Positions 1 through 9,051 of a stretch of DNA of 64,000 bases are shown here, in pieces. The translations under genes and the position numbers were made by a program. Every line of letters starts with the position of its first letter. Within the stretch, counting starts at the first letter, position 1. Source of the DNA: a virus (lineage: Duplodnaviria > Heunggongvirae > Uroviricota > Caudoviricetes); IMG/VR virus record IMGVR_UViG_3300044796_000394; one strand, 5' to 3'. The notes beneath the pieces were generated by a model that worked only from the letters and a program-made list of their open reading frames with translations, was not told where the DNA came from and did no database searches.

Positions 1-123
1 TTTCGTAAAAAAGCGTAGGATCGTATCCGGCATCGGCAATGATTTGAGCCGACTCGTTAACAAACTTGGCTAGGTCTTTGTTAGCAACAAAGTATTCGTA
101 TTTGTACTTAAACATATCGGTAT

Positions 124-768
124 CTATGGAGCATCATACCAAGTTTTCGGCATTTTTATGGAACGCAAAAAAGACAAAGTTTCATCTTTGTTTTTGCCAC
201 TTGAATAAGCGTTCCATATCATCAAATCCAGATCGGCAACACTTCGCTTAGCAGCATCGGCGAATTCCAAGAATTTGCCTTCAATTTTATTGTATTTCTT
301 GCCGGGACTCTTTGGAACAGTTAACCCTAGATCGTTCAAACAGGCTAGAACGTGAGTATCCAATCCGGCGACTCGTACATTCTCTCTACTATGAAGCACG
401 AAGCAGCGAGCGGTTTTAGGCCCAATACCATAAATGGCATCAAGTTCATCAACCGTACACGTTCGCAAATCCAAATCCGAATAAATCAATTGATGAATTG
501 TTTTGCTTTTGATTTGCCAGCAACCAAGCCCACTTGTTGCCAGAGCGTCCACTACGACACGCCAACCCCATCGCTGATTCGCACTCACTATTGATGCAAA
601 AGGACTGTACGAAGCATCTGGTGCTTTGTACATACGCTTTAGGAACTTGTCAACACCACGGGCAGTCGATATGGCGTTATGCCCTGCTGCGAATACCCAA
701 AAGAGCAATGTTTCTTCAAGTTCTGATATGGTTAAATTGTAATTGGTGATTTTTGTAGGGTCAATCAT
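124..768 (-). CDS. HhH-GPD superfamily DNA glycosylase/AP lyase (8-oxoG glycosylase-like)
   Basis: HhH motif LDAIYGIGPKTA with catalytic-position Lys, and downstream LDTH Asp. Confidence 0.8.
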   Translation of the reverse strand: MIDPTKITNYNLTISELEETLLFWVFAAGHNAISTARGVDKFLKRMYKAPDASYSPFASIVSANQRWGWRVVVDALATSGLGCWQIKSKTIHQLIYSDLDLRTCTVDELDAIYGIGPKTARCFVLHSRENVRVAGLDTHVLACLNDLGLTVPKSPGKKYNKIEGKFLEFADAAKRSVADLDLMIWNAYSSGKNKDETLSFLRSIKMPKTWYDAP

Positions 769-1135
769 TTAAAACTTTGATTTTTGTTTCATTGCGATCC
801 AATAAGGTAAAATGCAGTTCCACTGCATCGAATGTTTGTTTGATCATATCAATAACATCTTTGACTTCAAACGTAGCGCAGGAATAAAGATCGAACCTCA
901 AATACGGTGGTTCGGCCTTGTCCCAAGCGTGAATGCTTAGATGTGAAGTCTCTATGCATACAGCCCCGGTGATGCCGTTATTCCCGTCAGCAGTACAGTA
1001 ATCAGCGAATGGGCCGATCTTGATTTTCATGCCGATTTTATCAACAACATTTCGCAAGAAATCTTCCGTAGCTCTTGGATCTACGGGGGGCTTATTGACA
1101 ATGGCGTTAACTATCAAATGTTTGTGATCAAGCAT
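761..1135 (-). CDS. speD: Pyruvoyl-dependent S-adenosylmethionine decarboxylase family proenzyme
   Basis: CIETSHLSIHAW matches the SHxSxHxW self-cleavage motif; FDLYSC motif; 124 aa. Confidence 0.8.
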   Translation of the reverse strand: MLDHKHLIVNAIVNKPPVDPRATEDFLRNVVDKIGMKIKIGPFADYCTADGNNGITGAVCIETSHLSIHAWDKAEPPYLRFDLYSCATFEVKDVIDMIKQTFDAVELHFTLLDRNETKIKVLND

Positions 1136-1514
1136 CGTATTTCTTCTTGAGTTTGAGAAAGGTTTTATATTCGTTATCTGCAGTTTCTTCGGCTTTTTTC
1201 TTTTGGTATTCGGCTAATTGTTCCTCGTAAATAGCTATTAGTTTTTCATAATTTGCCATTGCCTTGTCATGCCGCCCTTTCATTAAGGCTAATTCAGCGT
1301 CTTCCAGCGGCACATTTTTCATGAATTGAAGATCAACTTCAATATCGCCATATCCAGCTTCTTTAGCATAAATGGTAATATTGCTGGTACCTTCTGGAAT
1401 ATCGTCGATATTTAACATACTGCCATTCGTAAAATCCATCGATTTCAAGTTAACGAATTTGTGAGTAACTAAAGGCGACGGCATTGTCGGCTTATAAGGA
1501 ATTGCTATGCCCAT
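1128..1514 (-). CDS. hypothetical protein (coiled-coil C-terminus)
   Basis: 128-aa ORF overlapping neighbours in a minus-strand operon. Confidence 0.65.
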   Translation of the reverse strand: MGIAIPYKPTMPSPLVTHKFVNLKSMDFTNGSMLNIDDIPEGTSNITIYAKEAGYGDIEVDLQFMKNVPLEDAELALMKGRHDKAMANYEKLIAIYEEQLAEYQKKKAEETADNEYKTFLKLKKKYDA

Positions 1515-1816
1515 TAAATTCTACCTCTCAACATTTCATAACACATTTTGACATCTGCCATTTTAGCATAAATCGGATTGGAACTCAAGAAGGCTGGTTT
1601 ATTTCCTTCATGGATCAAATGCCCCGGAACGGCAAACGGATAAACAATAAACGGTGTCAAAAGCAACCACCACAGGCTCACACCGGCTACTAGAGCGAAA
1701 AACAGCACCAAAGCAAAATAAGTCCACGTTGCCACTTGACCAGCAAGGTGAAAGAGGCGATTGTGCGGATTTTGATGTTTGCTTAGGTAGAACGGATAAT
1801 ACTCAGAAAATGTCAT
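1514..1816 (-). CDS. DUF962/Mpo1-like membrane protein
   Basis: FSEYYPFYLSKHQNPHNRLFH ... GHLIHEGNKPA pattern with hydrophobic core. Confidence 0.8.
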   Translation of the reverse strand: MTFSEYYPFYLSKHQNPHNRLFHLAGQVATWTYFALVLFFALVAGVSLWWLLLTPFIVYPFAVPGHLIHEGNKPAFLSSNPIYAKMADVKMCYEMLRGRI

Positions 1817-1817
1817 G

Positions 1818-2009
1818 TTAATTTCTTTCTTTCTTTTTGTTATGCCAATCTAAAGCTCGCTGTGCAGCCTTGGATTCTATTGGATCTTGATGCTTCAAAG
1901 TTTTTTTCAAATTATTAAGGTAAAATTGTGAGCAATCTGTTAGTCCTTTTTGCTGACAATAACGCAGAACAAATTTGTGAGCCTGCGTTTCCATTAATTC
2001 TTTTGCCAT
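1818..2009 (-). CDS. hypothetical protein
   Basis: 63-aa ORF abutting next gene. Confidence 0.5.
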   Translation of the reverse strand: MAKELMETQAHKFVLRYCQQKGLTDCSQFYLNNLKKTLKHQDPIESKAAQRALDWHNKKKERN

Positions 2010-2304
2010 ATTTTCATCAGACCGATAAAGATGAAATAATTTAGGTCGAAATTTTAAATGATATCGAGCATGACATAACTCATGTAGCAGATAAACTATG
2101 TTTTGTAATGAGTTGTTATTGGCATTGAGGTGTATTGTATTAATGGTTTTTATTTTTTTTACGTACTAAATCACCTTTGCAGAAAGCTTTTTTCTCTTCT
2201 GTCCAATTTTTGATTTCAAAAATTACAATACCCTCTGATCTGACTTGTTCACACAAATTCTTGTAAAATGCATCTAAGTTCATATTAACTTCCGAAAAGG
2301 GTAA

Positions 2305-3864
2305 TTACGAGTAACAGCAAGTTGTCTTAATTTTATTATCAAGATTTCGAGTGATTTTTTTATTGGCCACTTTTTTGAACCCAATAATTTTATTAAGAAG
2401 TTTGGGATAGGTTTCAAAAAACTTTTTTACGTATGAATTGTCTTTGCCATCGTTTCTAAGACTGTAGAGATTAACTTTACGACTAAAGGGCTTACCTTTT
2501 TCTATTGAAGATAAAAGGCTTTGTTGATCATGCTCATCTTTCCACTCATTTAGATTTTTGATATGACCTAAACCACCATATGCTTTATCAGCATTTTTGG
2601 CTTCTATTTCATTTTCATATATTGTGATTTCATACTCTTCTTCTTCTGACCACGTATTGGTGTTCCAAACTCCGCTAGGAATAAGATATTGATCTGATTC
2701 ATAAAATGAAACAGCCTTTTCCATTTCTTTTTTATCGCAATATATTAAAAAAGTATCATCAAATTTTGAATGTTTGTCTTGTCCCAAATAGCCACAACAC
2801 CGACCCGCTACCTGTGCTATATTGTCAGCGTTAGATCTAGCACCCTCAATCCAGCCTTTAATATGTTTGGTTGTAGAAAGAGTCTTGCCTGCTCGTAAAG
2901 AGCCTAAAATAATGACTACAAATGGTTTAGGCGGAATTTTTCCCAATCTGTCATTTAAGGATGAAATAGGAAAATGTCCTTTGCCTTTTTTGGAAGAATA
3001 AATTCTTACATCAATTTGATCGCCATACTTTTCAGCCAGCCATGACCTTAATAATGTTGGATTTTCACCAACTGCTCTCACTATCAAGTAGCCATTACTT
3101 GATTCGCAATTATCAATAAAAACTTCTGCTTGTTTAACAAAGAAGTCAGTAGGTTTTTTGTCTCTACCAATAATTTTTTGAGATTGATGATATCGATTTT
3201 TCAATTTCAAATCACTCAATCCAAAATATTCCGGTGAGACTTTTATTGCTACTGTTGAAAAAACGCCATTTTCAATATTTTCTTTGATGACAGCAGCATA
3301 AGGTGTCGCTGACACTGACAAAATAAAGGTATTTTGATTTTCCCATTCATGACTTTTAGAGCCGTACTTTACACCTCTTGCAGCAAAAAATTTATCAAGC
3401 GGCTTGTCCTTCTTCAAGGCGATATGGCATTCGTCATCAACAATAAGTCGACAATCAACATTTTTAGGTTCAAGTTCCGCTTGTGACAAATGGAGTAAAT
3501 TAACTTTATTTGATAAGGCTGCATCTACCAGTCTATCATCAGTTTGGTTCAATAAGTCATTATCAGCAATGTTGATGATGTAATCAATTTCATAGCTTTT
3601 GCCTTGTGACTCACAGTACTTGATGAACTCGTCAATAATTAAAGCGACGGTGCTGGTTTTGCCTTGTTGTGGTTGTGCTATCAATAAAACTGATTTTTTG
3701 TTGTTCTTGAAATTATCTATAACTTTAATAGAAGCTTCTGTTTGTTGAGGATAAACTTGTAGTTCGCCTATTTTTTTCATTCCAATTATTAATGGTTGTA
3801 TTGGCTTTATTGGAGCAGGAATGCCGAACATATGCGTGAATGTCGTATTTGAAGAAGTTGTCAT
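2305..3864 (-). CDS. SF2 helicase-like P-loop ATPase
   Basis: Walker A-like AQPQQGKTS, Walker B IVDDECH, motif III SATP, motif VI-like QVAGRCCGY. Confidence 0.7.
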   Translation of the reverse strand: MTTSSNTTFTHMFGIPAPIKPIQPLIIGMKKIGELQVYPQQTEASIKVIDNFKNNKKSVLLIAQPQQGKTSTVALIIDEFIKYCESQGKSYEIDYIINIADNDLLNQTDDRLVDAALSNKVNLLHLSQAELEPKNVDCRLIVDDECHIALKKDKPLDKFFAARGVKYGSKSHEWENQNTFILSVSATPYAAVIKENIENGVFSTVAIKVSPEYFGLSDLKLKNRYHQSQKIIGRDKKPTDFFVKQAEVFIDNCESSNGYLIVRAVGENPTLLRSWLAEKYGDQIDVRIYSSKKGKGHFPISSLNDRLGKIPPKPFVVIILGSLRAGKTLSTTKHIKGWIEGARSNADNIAQVAGRCCGYLGQDKHSKFDDTFLIYCDKKEMEKAVSFYESDQYLIPSGVWNTNTWSEEEEYEITIYENEIEAKNADKAYGGLGHIKNLNEWKDEHDQQSLLSSIEKGKPFSRKVNLYSLRNDGKDNSYVKKFFETYPKLLNKIIGFKKVANKKITRNLDNKIKTTCCYS

Positions 3865-3868
3865 GTCG

Positions 3869-4819
3869 TTAATTTTTTTCTTTCTTTTTTCTAATGGTTT
3901 TTGATTTTATTATTTGTCTTTGATGTACCGGATCATTGTCTAGTTTAGCATCAATAAACTTCATAATCAATTTCTGTTTTTCTTGATTGATTGCTGGTTC
4001 AGCGATTGGATATGGGCAATTTTTAATTTTTTGATAAACATAGTTTCTCGCCCACTTGCATTCAGGAATGCTTTGATAATCACCTAAATTTTTCGTCATA
4101 AATCTTAATCTGATACGGTTGTTTTTGTTTTCTATACCACAACCTTCGCAGTATTCAATTAATTCGGGCAAAAATTTATCTACCAAATCTTTTTTGCGAG
4201 ACAAATAAGGGCCGTCGGAATAAATGAAATTCAAAAAAGTTAACACATCGGCCTTTTTGTTCCAAACGATACTCCACGCAGCATTAACGGATTTTGTGTT
4301 TTTGCTCTTTTGTGATGGATGTTGAGGGAGTTTGGTGATTTTTCCGATTTCATCATTCATCATATCAACAAACATCTTTGTGCCAATTAGCGTAACACCT
4401 ACAAGGTTTTTCTTATTTTTGAAAATACAACCATCGCCATCAAAATATCCACGTATAAAATGAGAGAGATATTGTTCTTCAATATTTGGAAAAGGCAAAT
4501 TGAGATAGGTTTTATTGGGCAAAATGCCGTGTTTGTTTACAAGACAAGAAATTAACTTTTTGCTGTAAATGGCAATTTTTGTATAAGGCTTAACGTAATA
4601 GCCTTTTTTATGCCAATAGCCATCCAGTCTGGTAATTTTATGTTTTGAATGAATTGCATTTCTCAAACCAACTACGATCTCTTCATCTTCGGTAGTGCAT
4701 CCAATTTGTAATTTTCCATCACTGATATTGCCATCAGCCCATATCCACCCAAGATAATAAGCCATTTCTGTTGACCAATTTTCAAAATAATCATGTTTCA
4801 TTCCATAAAATAGTATCAT
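3869..4819 (-). CDS. LAGLIDADG homing endonuclease
   Basis: Two motifs YYLGWIWADG and FIRGYFDGDG; start moved to ATG 4819 (or 4801) to avoid overlap with upstream gene. Confidence 0.85.
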   Translation of the reverse strand: MILFYGMKHDYFENWSTEMAYYLGWIWADGNISDGKLQIGCTTEDEEIVVGLRNAIHSKHKITRLDGYWHKKGYYVKPYTKIAIYSKKLISCLVNKHGILPNKTYLNLPFPNIEEQYLSHFIRGYFDGDGCIFKNKKNLVGVTLIGTKMFVDMMNDEIGKITKLPQHPSQKSKNTKSVNAAWSIVWNKKADVLTFLNFIYSDGPYLSRKKDLVDKFLPELIEYCEGCGIENKNNRIRLRFMTKNLGDYQSIPECKWARNYVYQKIKNCPYPIAEPAINQEKQKLIMKFIDAKLDNDPVHQRQIIKSKTIRKKKEKN

Positions 4820-4839
4820 GGAATGAAAATGGGCATATT

Positions 4840-5646
4840 TCACGTAAGTTTCCAAAACTGACAGAGGGTTCGATAATCGCACCGATGGCAATGTCGCCCG
4901 GTATTGCCATGAACTTTATCAGGATCAAGGGATTCGATTTCCTTGTATCTTGCCAAGAGTTTTTCAGGAACACTCAAAAGTTGTTCTTCGCTGAAAGTTG
5001 TCGGTATCAACTTATTGTCGTCCAGATAAAATAAGGCAGCACGGATATTTTTAGCCGGAACCTTGAATGTATTCATGACAACATAGCAATAGCACATTAA
5101 CTGCAAGTCTTGGCCAATGGTTCGTTCGTTCTTGCGCCAACCACCTGTTTTTGTCGTCTTATAATCCAGCAGGAAAAACTCGTCGTCTTTGCGGATCATG
5201 CGGTCAATGAAGCCGGTCATTTTGCGGTTATGTCCATCCATGTCCAAATCAAACTTCCATTCAAGTTCACCACCATAACCAATCTTTTCAGTTAGTCGCT
5301 TATAGTATCCCAACATTCTTATGAGTTTGTTTTGATATTCGGGATCAAATCTCGGAGCCTTCTTGCCGGGCTTCGTGACCATGACTTGCTTATCCTTGTC
5401 AAAATATGATACCGGTGGTTCTAAATCAATCTTGCCGCTGAGAACGTCTTTAGCAACTATTGAAAGTTCTAACGAACCTCTTGCTCTCGTATGTTCTTCA
5501 ATGATCTTGTGGATGGCTTTCCCGAAGGCGAAATAAATTGGCTCTGGTACCGGAGACACGGTTTCCAAGTGATACCGAAATTTGTACTTTTGTGGGCATT
5601 CAGTGAAACAACTTTCACGAGAAATGGATATGTGGTTTATTTTCAT
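4840..5646 (-). CDS. PD-(D/E)XK nuclease, RecB/AddB-like with 4-Cys Fe-S staple
   Basis: CPQKY, FGKAIH, GFIDR, LLDYKT, QLMCY, CHRCDYRTLC. Confidence 0.85.
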   Translation of the reverse strand: MKINHISISRESCFTECPQKYKFRYHLETVSPVPEPIYFAFGKAIHKIIEEHTRARGSLELSIVAKDVLSGKIDLEPPVSYFDKDKQVMVTKPGKKAPRFDPEYQNKLIRMLGYYKRLTEKIGYGGELEWKFDLDMDGHNRKMTGFIDRMIRKDDEFFLLDYKTTKTGGWRKNERTIGQDLQLMCYCYVVMNTFKVPAKNIRAALFYLDDNKLIPTTFSEEQLLSVPEKLLARYKEIESLDPDKVHGNTGRHCHRCDYRTLCQFWKLT

Positions 5647-5695
5647 AATGTCTCTGGTATAATCTAAACAACGTTTGTACATTAAATAAGTTACT

Positions 5696-6703
5696 ATGTC
5701 AATATCTTTTGAATCGTTCTACAATTGGTGCGTCAGCAAATTCGGCGATCACAACGTTAAAGTTTCTGGTCCGGAAATTTGTCTCAACTCACCATTCTCG
5801 CCAAAACACAACCCAGATTCAGGGCATCACTGTTGGTGTAATCCTGATAAGAATGCTTACAACTGCTGGAAAACTAATGAACACGGTTCGCTTCATCAAT
5901 TAGTAGCTGAATTCGAGCCATGCGATTTAGCGGATGCCGATGAAATACTCGGCAATACAAATCTAATTCGTGGACTTGAGGATAAACTCAGACAGTTGTT
6001 CACAAATAAAAAAGAAGAGCGACCGACGGTTAAGTCTTCTATTATACTACCCATTGAAGCAGTTGCCTATAGCAGTTTGTCATCTATTCACAAAGACAGG
6101 GTGCATGATTATATGGCGAAGCGGCAACTTCCGCCAAATGATCTTTTCTATTGTCATACTGGACGATACCGAGAAAGAATCGTTATTCCTTATTATGGGC
6201 CAAAGGGCGAGTTGATCTATTTCAATGGGCGTGACATCAGTAGTAAGGGTACAGGGCCACGGTATTTGGGGCCACCAAAAGAGATTGGAATTGGCAAGGG
6301 TGATGTATTGTGGATGAAGTCTTGGCCAACTCAAGGAAAGATTTATTTGTGCGAAGGAGAATTTAACGCTATGTCATTAGGTCAAGCAAATCTTCCGGCT
6401 GCAGCATGTGGTGGTAAGAACCTGAGTGACAAACAGTTAACTATGCTTCAACCATATGATGTAACGTTTTGTTTTGACAATGACAAATATGGTCAAGAAG
6501 CACTACATAAATTCAGTGCATACAAGAAGTCGTTTCACGGCGGCAAGTCGACAACCGTAGGTTTCGTACTGCCCCCAACGGGTTTCAAGGACTGGAACGA
6601 TTTGCTGATCCACGGGGGAGCCGGGGCGTTAAACTATTACGTCACTTCTCAGGAGAAGCAACTTGATTGGGGCGATTTTATGCGAATGCGATTACGTCTT
6701 TAA
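5696..6703 (+). CDS. DnaG-type DNA primase (Zn-binding + TOPRIM)
   Basis: N-terminal C/H Zn ligands, RIVIPYY, LCEGEFNA, FDND, KDWND. Confidence 0.85.
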   Translation: MSISFESFYNWCVSKFGDHNVKVSGPEICLNSPFSPKHNPDSGHHCWCNPDKNAYNCWKTNEHGSLHQLVAEFEPCDLADADEILGNTNLIRGLEDKLRQLFTNKKEERPTVKSSIILPIEAVAYSSLSSIHKDRVHDYMAKRQLPPNDLFYCHTGRYRERIVIPYYGPKGELIYFNGRDISSKGTGPRYLGPPKEIGIGKGDVLWMKSWPTQGKIYLCEGEFNAMSLGQANLPAAACGGKNLSDKQLTMLQPYDVTFCFDNDKYGQEALHKFSAYKKSFHGGKSTTVGFVLPPTGFKDWNDLLIHGGAGALNYYVTSQEKQLDWGDFMRMRLRL

Positions 6704-6712
6704 AGGCCCAAA

Positions 6713-7213
6713 ATGAAAAAGCGCAAGAGCCAAGGGAAGAGTTCCAAGCGTGAGAAAGTAGACGACATCAGAAGTTTCTTTCTTGCTTGTGAATTCAAAC
6801 CCAATTCAGATTTATTTTCCGTCCTCGATCCCTTCGCCTATGACATTAAGCCAGCCTTTATTCATGGTTCTCTCGGTATCGTAGCATACGAACCAGAAGC
6901 CTATGCCATTGTAGATGCCGATGAGAAAAGCCCACCTCTCATGGGTTATATTATGACCATTACTCATCCTGATACCATTTTATTGCTAGATAAAATCAAG
7001 GGTGTCAATGGGCCAACCGGCTTCAATTACCACACCAAAAAATTAGTACACGTTTATACGGATATTGATGTAGTTCAAAATGCTTGGATTTATATCTTGA
7101 GCGAATCAGCATTGGATGCTTATGAACAAATTGAGCAAGTAGAATTCGGTCTATGGGACGAGGAAGACGAACAACAAATCAGCTTCCTTGAAAAAATGGG
7201 AGATGGGATGTGA
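6713..7213 (+). CDS. gamma-glutamylcyclotransferase/AIG2-like fold protein
   Basis: PAFIHGSL, MGYIMTI, LLLDKIKG, NAWIY pattern. Confidence 0.55.
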   Translation: MKKRKSQGKSSKREKVDDIRSFFLACEFKPNSDLFSVLDPFAYDIKPAFIHGSLGIVAYEPEAYAIVDADEKSPPLMGYIMTITHPDTILLLDKIKGVNGPTGFNYHTKKLVHVYTDIDVVQNAWIYILSESALDAYEQIEQVEFGLWDEEDEQQISFLEKMGDGM

Positions 7214-7560
7214 ATTATCAAGGTGTAGATTTTTTCCAAGAAAACCATCAAACTTTTTCACTCCACGACGGTGATAGAAGTAGCGAAGAAGTATTGGCTA
7301 AGATTTCGCCACACATTAGACTCTACGAAGGCTTTGAACTAAAATTATTGGAAATGTCTCGCACTGCTAAAAGTCTCGTTATGAATGCGACTTTGTGGCC
7401 ACTGACATTAAAAGTTAAAGTTTATCACAAAAAGAAACTCTCTTATGACGTAATTATCACAGCCAATGTGTCATATTACGAATTGGGGTATCGGGGCAAT
7501 AGTGACCAATATCCAATACGCATCGTTTTTCACTGTTTGGATATTGAATGCAATGATTGA
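7210..7560 (+). CDS. hypothetical protein
   Basis: 116-aa ORF, 4-nt overlap with upstream stop. Confidence 0.55.
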   Translation: MNYQGVDFFQENHQTFSLHDGDRSSEEVLAKISPHIRLYEGFELKLLEMSRTAKSLVMNATLWPLTLKVKVYHKKKLSYDVIITANVSYYELGYRGNSDQYPIRIVFHCLDIECND

Positions 7561-7924
7561 AAGCTATAATTTTTTCATCGGAAAAGTTTGCACCATATTA
7601 ACGACAAGTGTCGCTCTCCCTATCAAAGACGCTTTATCTGGTGCATTGTATTTTTCTGGTTTGGTTGCCAAAGTAGACGACAATGGTATCTGGATTCAAC
7701 AACTTGAAACCAATACTATGAGTTATTTTACTTTTCCAATAGTCGGCATCGTACAAGAACAAGCGGTTGCTAAAAGTGATCCCAATTACGAAAAGATCAA
7801 AGAAGAAATTGAAAAGCAAAAACCTGTTGCCCCGCCTAAACCGGTACCGCCAAACTTTACGTCTGTTAGCGATTTGACTCAAAAAGCCAAAGAATTAAGA
7901 CGACGAAAAGAAGAAGGTAAGTAA
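7553..7924 (+). CDS. hypothetical protein
   Basis: Likely start ATG 7553 overlapping upstream gene end. Confidence 0.65.
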   Translation: MIESYNFFIGKVCTILTTSVALPIKDALSGALYFSGLVAKVDDNGIWIQQLETNTMSYFTFPIVGIVQEQAVAKSDPNYEKIKEEIEKQKPVAPPKPVPPNFTSVSDLTQKAKELRRRKEEGK

Positions 7925-7934
7925 TAGGCATTGC

Positions 7935-7956
7935 CTAGGCAGAAAATTCTGCCTAG
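7935..7956. terminator. hairpin between convergent genes
   Basis: CTAGGCAG-aaaatt-CTGCCTAG. Confidence 0.5.
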
Positions 7957-7970
7957 ACCGTTAATCTTCA

Positions 7971-8447
7971 TTAGTCAGCCAAAAATTCTGAAATCTTTTT
8001 CAAGCTCATAATTGCTGAATCAAAATCGTGGTATTGCGAGTTAATGTATTCCAAGTTGAGCGAATCAAACTTTTCCACATCTTCACTGCCTACTTCAAAA
8101 TAGAAGTTCCTAGTTTTGCGACCTACACACTTGAAGCCGTGCATCTTGACAAATGCAGCAGCACCCAAATCGGAAACACTCTTGCGAATCATCCCATTTG
8201 GTTCCATCAATCGCTCTTGAACTTTTTTGAGGCTCATAATACATGCGTCAAAGTCATGGTATGGTGAATTGATGTATTCAAGATTTAAATCTTCGAATTT
8301 ATTTAATCCTTCATCTGCTACGTCAAAATAAAATGAACGACCTTTGCGGCCTACACATTTATATCCTTTCATTCTGGCAAATGCCGCTTCACCTAAATCA
8401 TCGACTGGTCGACGTGTTACTTTCCGAACTTGCTTTTCCATATTCAT
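7971..8447 (-). CDS. hypothetical protein made of two tandem ~65-aa domains
   Basis: DLGEAAFARMKGYKCVGRK..LEYINSPYHDFD repeated as DLGAAAFVKMHGFKCVGRK..LEYINSQYHDFD. Confidence 0.75.
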   Translation of the reverse strand: MNMEKQVRKVTRRPVDDLGEAAFARMKGYKCVGRKGRSFYFDVADEGLNKFEDLNLEYINSPYHDFDACIMSLKKVQERLMEPNGMIRKSVSDLGAAAFVKMHGFKCVGRKTRNFYFEVGSEDVEKFDSLNLEYINSQYHDFDSAIMSLKKISEFLAD

Positions 8448-8511
8448 TCCTGCTTGCTTAATACTGTCACTACAATTTATAGAGGTTTCATAGTAATTAT
8501 TTACTACGAAA

Positions 8512-9051
8512 TTACCCAATGGCGTTTTCCGCCGCAATCAATTGTCTATACGATGTTAAGTTATCACACCATTTTATAAATTTTTCGTATGACATTTTGC
8601 CTTTAGCCCAATTGCATGTTTTGCAACACGGCAAAGAATTTTCGGTGGTATATCCTTGACCGGGTACTTTTTGATCTATCCCTAACCAATGATAATATCC
8701 CCAATTGGTAATGTTAGTTTTGTATAAACGATCAGGATTTGTACCGCAATAATGACAATTGCTAGAAGTTATGTCTTTGAATTCTTTCAAAGTCAAAGAC
8801 ATATAATTTCTCTTGCTATAAATATTAAATAATGCTTCAAGGCCACTTTGACCTTTGGGTTTATTTTTACATTTTTTGCATACTGTATCTCTTTTTATAT
8901 GACTTCTAGTTGATATTTTTATTGCATCGCAATTTTTACAATGAATTTTCCATACACTGGTCTTGCGATTAAATTCCATTTGTTTGATTTCAATAAATTC
9001 ATCAACTATCCAATTTTTTAAATTATCAATCGTTTGTATGAATTTACTCAT
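8512..9051 (-). CDS. HNH-type endonuclease
   Basis: CHYCG ... GIDQKVPGQGYTTENSLPCCKTCNWAKG; ATGA overlap with actin-like gene. Confidence 0.75.
   Translation of the reverse strand: MSKFIQTIDNLKNWIVDEFIEIKQMEFNRKTSVWKIHCKNCDAIKISTRSHIKRDTVCKKCKNKPKGQSGLEALFNIYSKRNYMSLTLKEFKDITSSNCHYCGTNPDRLYKTNITNWGYYHWLGIDQKVPGQGYTTENSLPCCKTCNWAKGKMSYEKFIKWCDNLTSYRQLIAAENAIG

Noticed and set aside
4840-5646. Cas4 / CRISPR locus
   Set aside because: No repeat-spacer array or other cas genes in the window; RecB-like phage nuclease is simpler.
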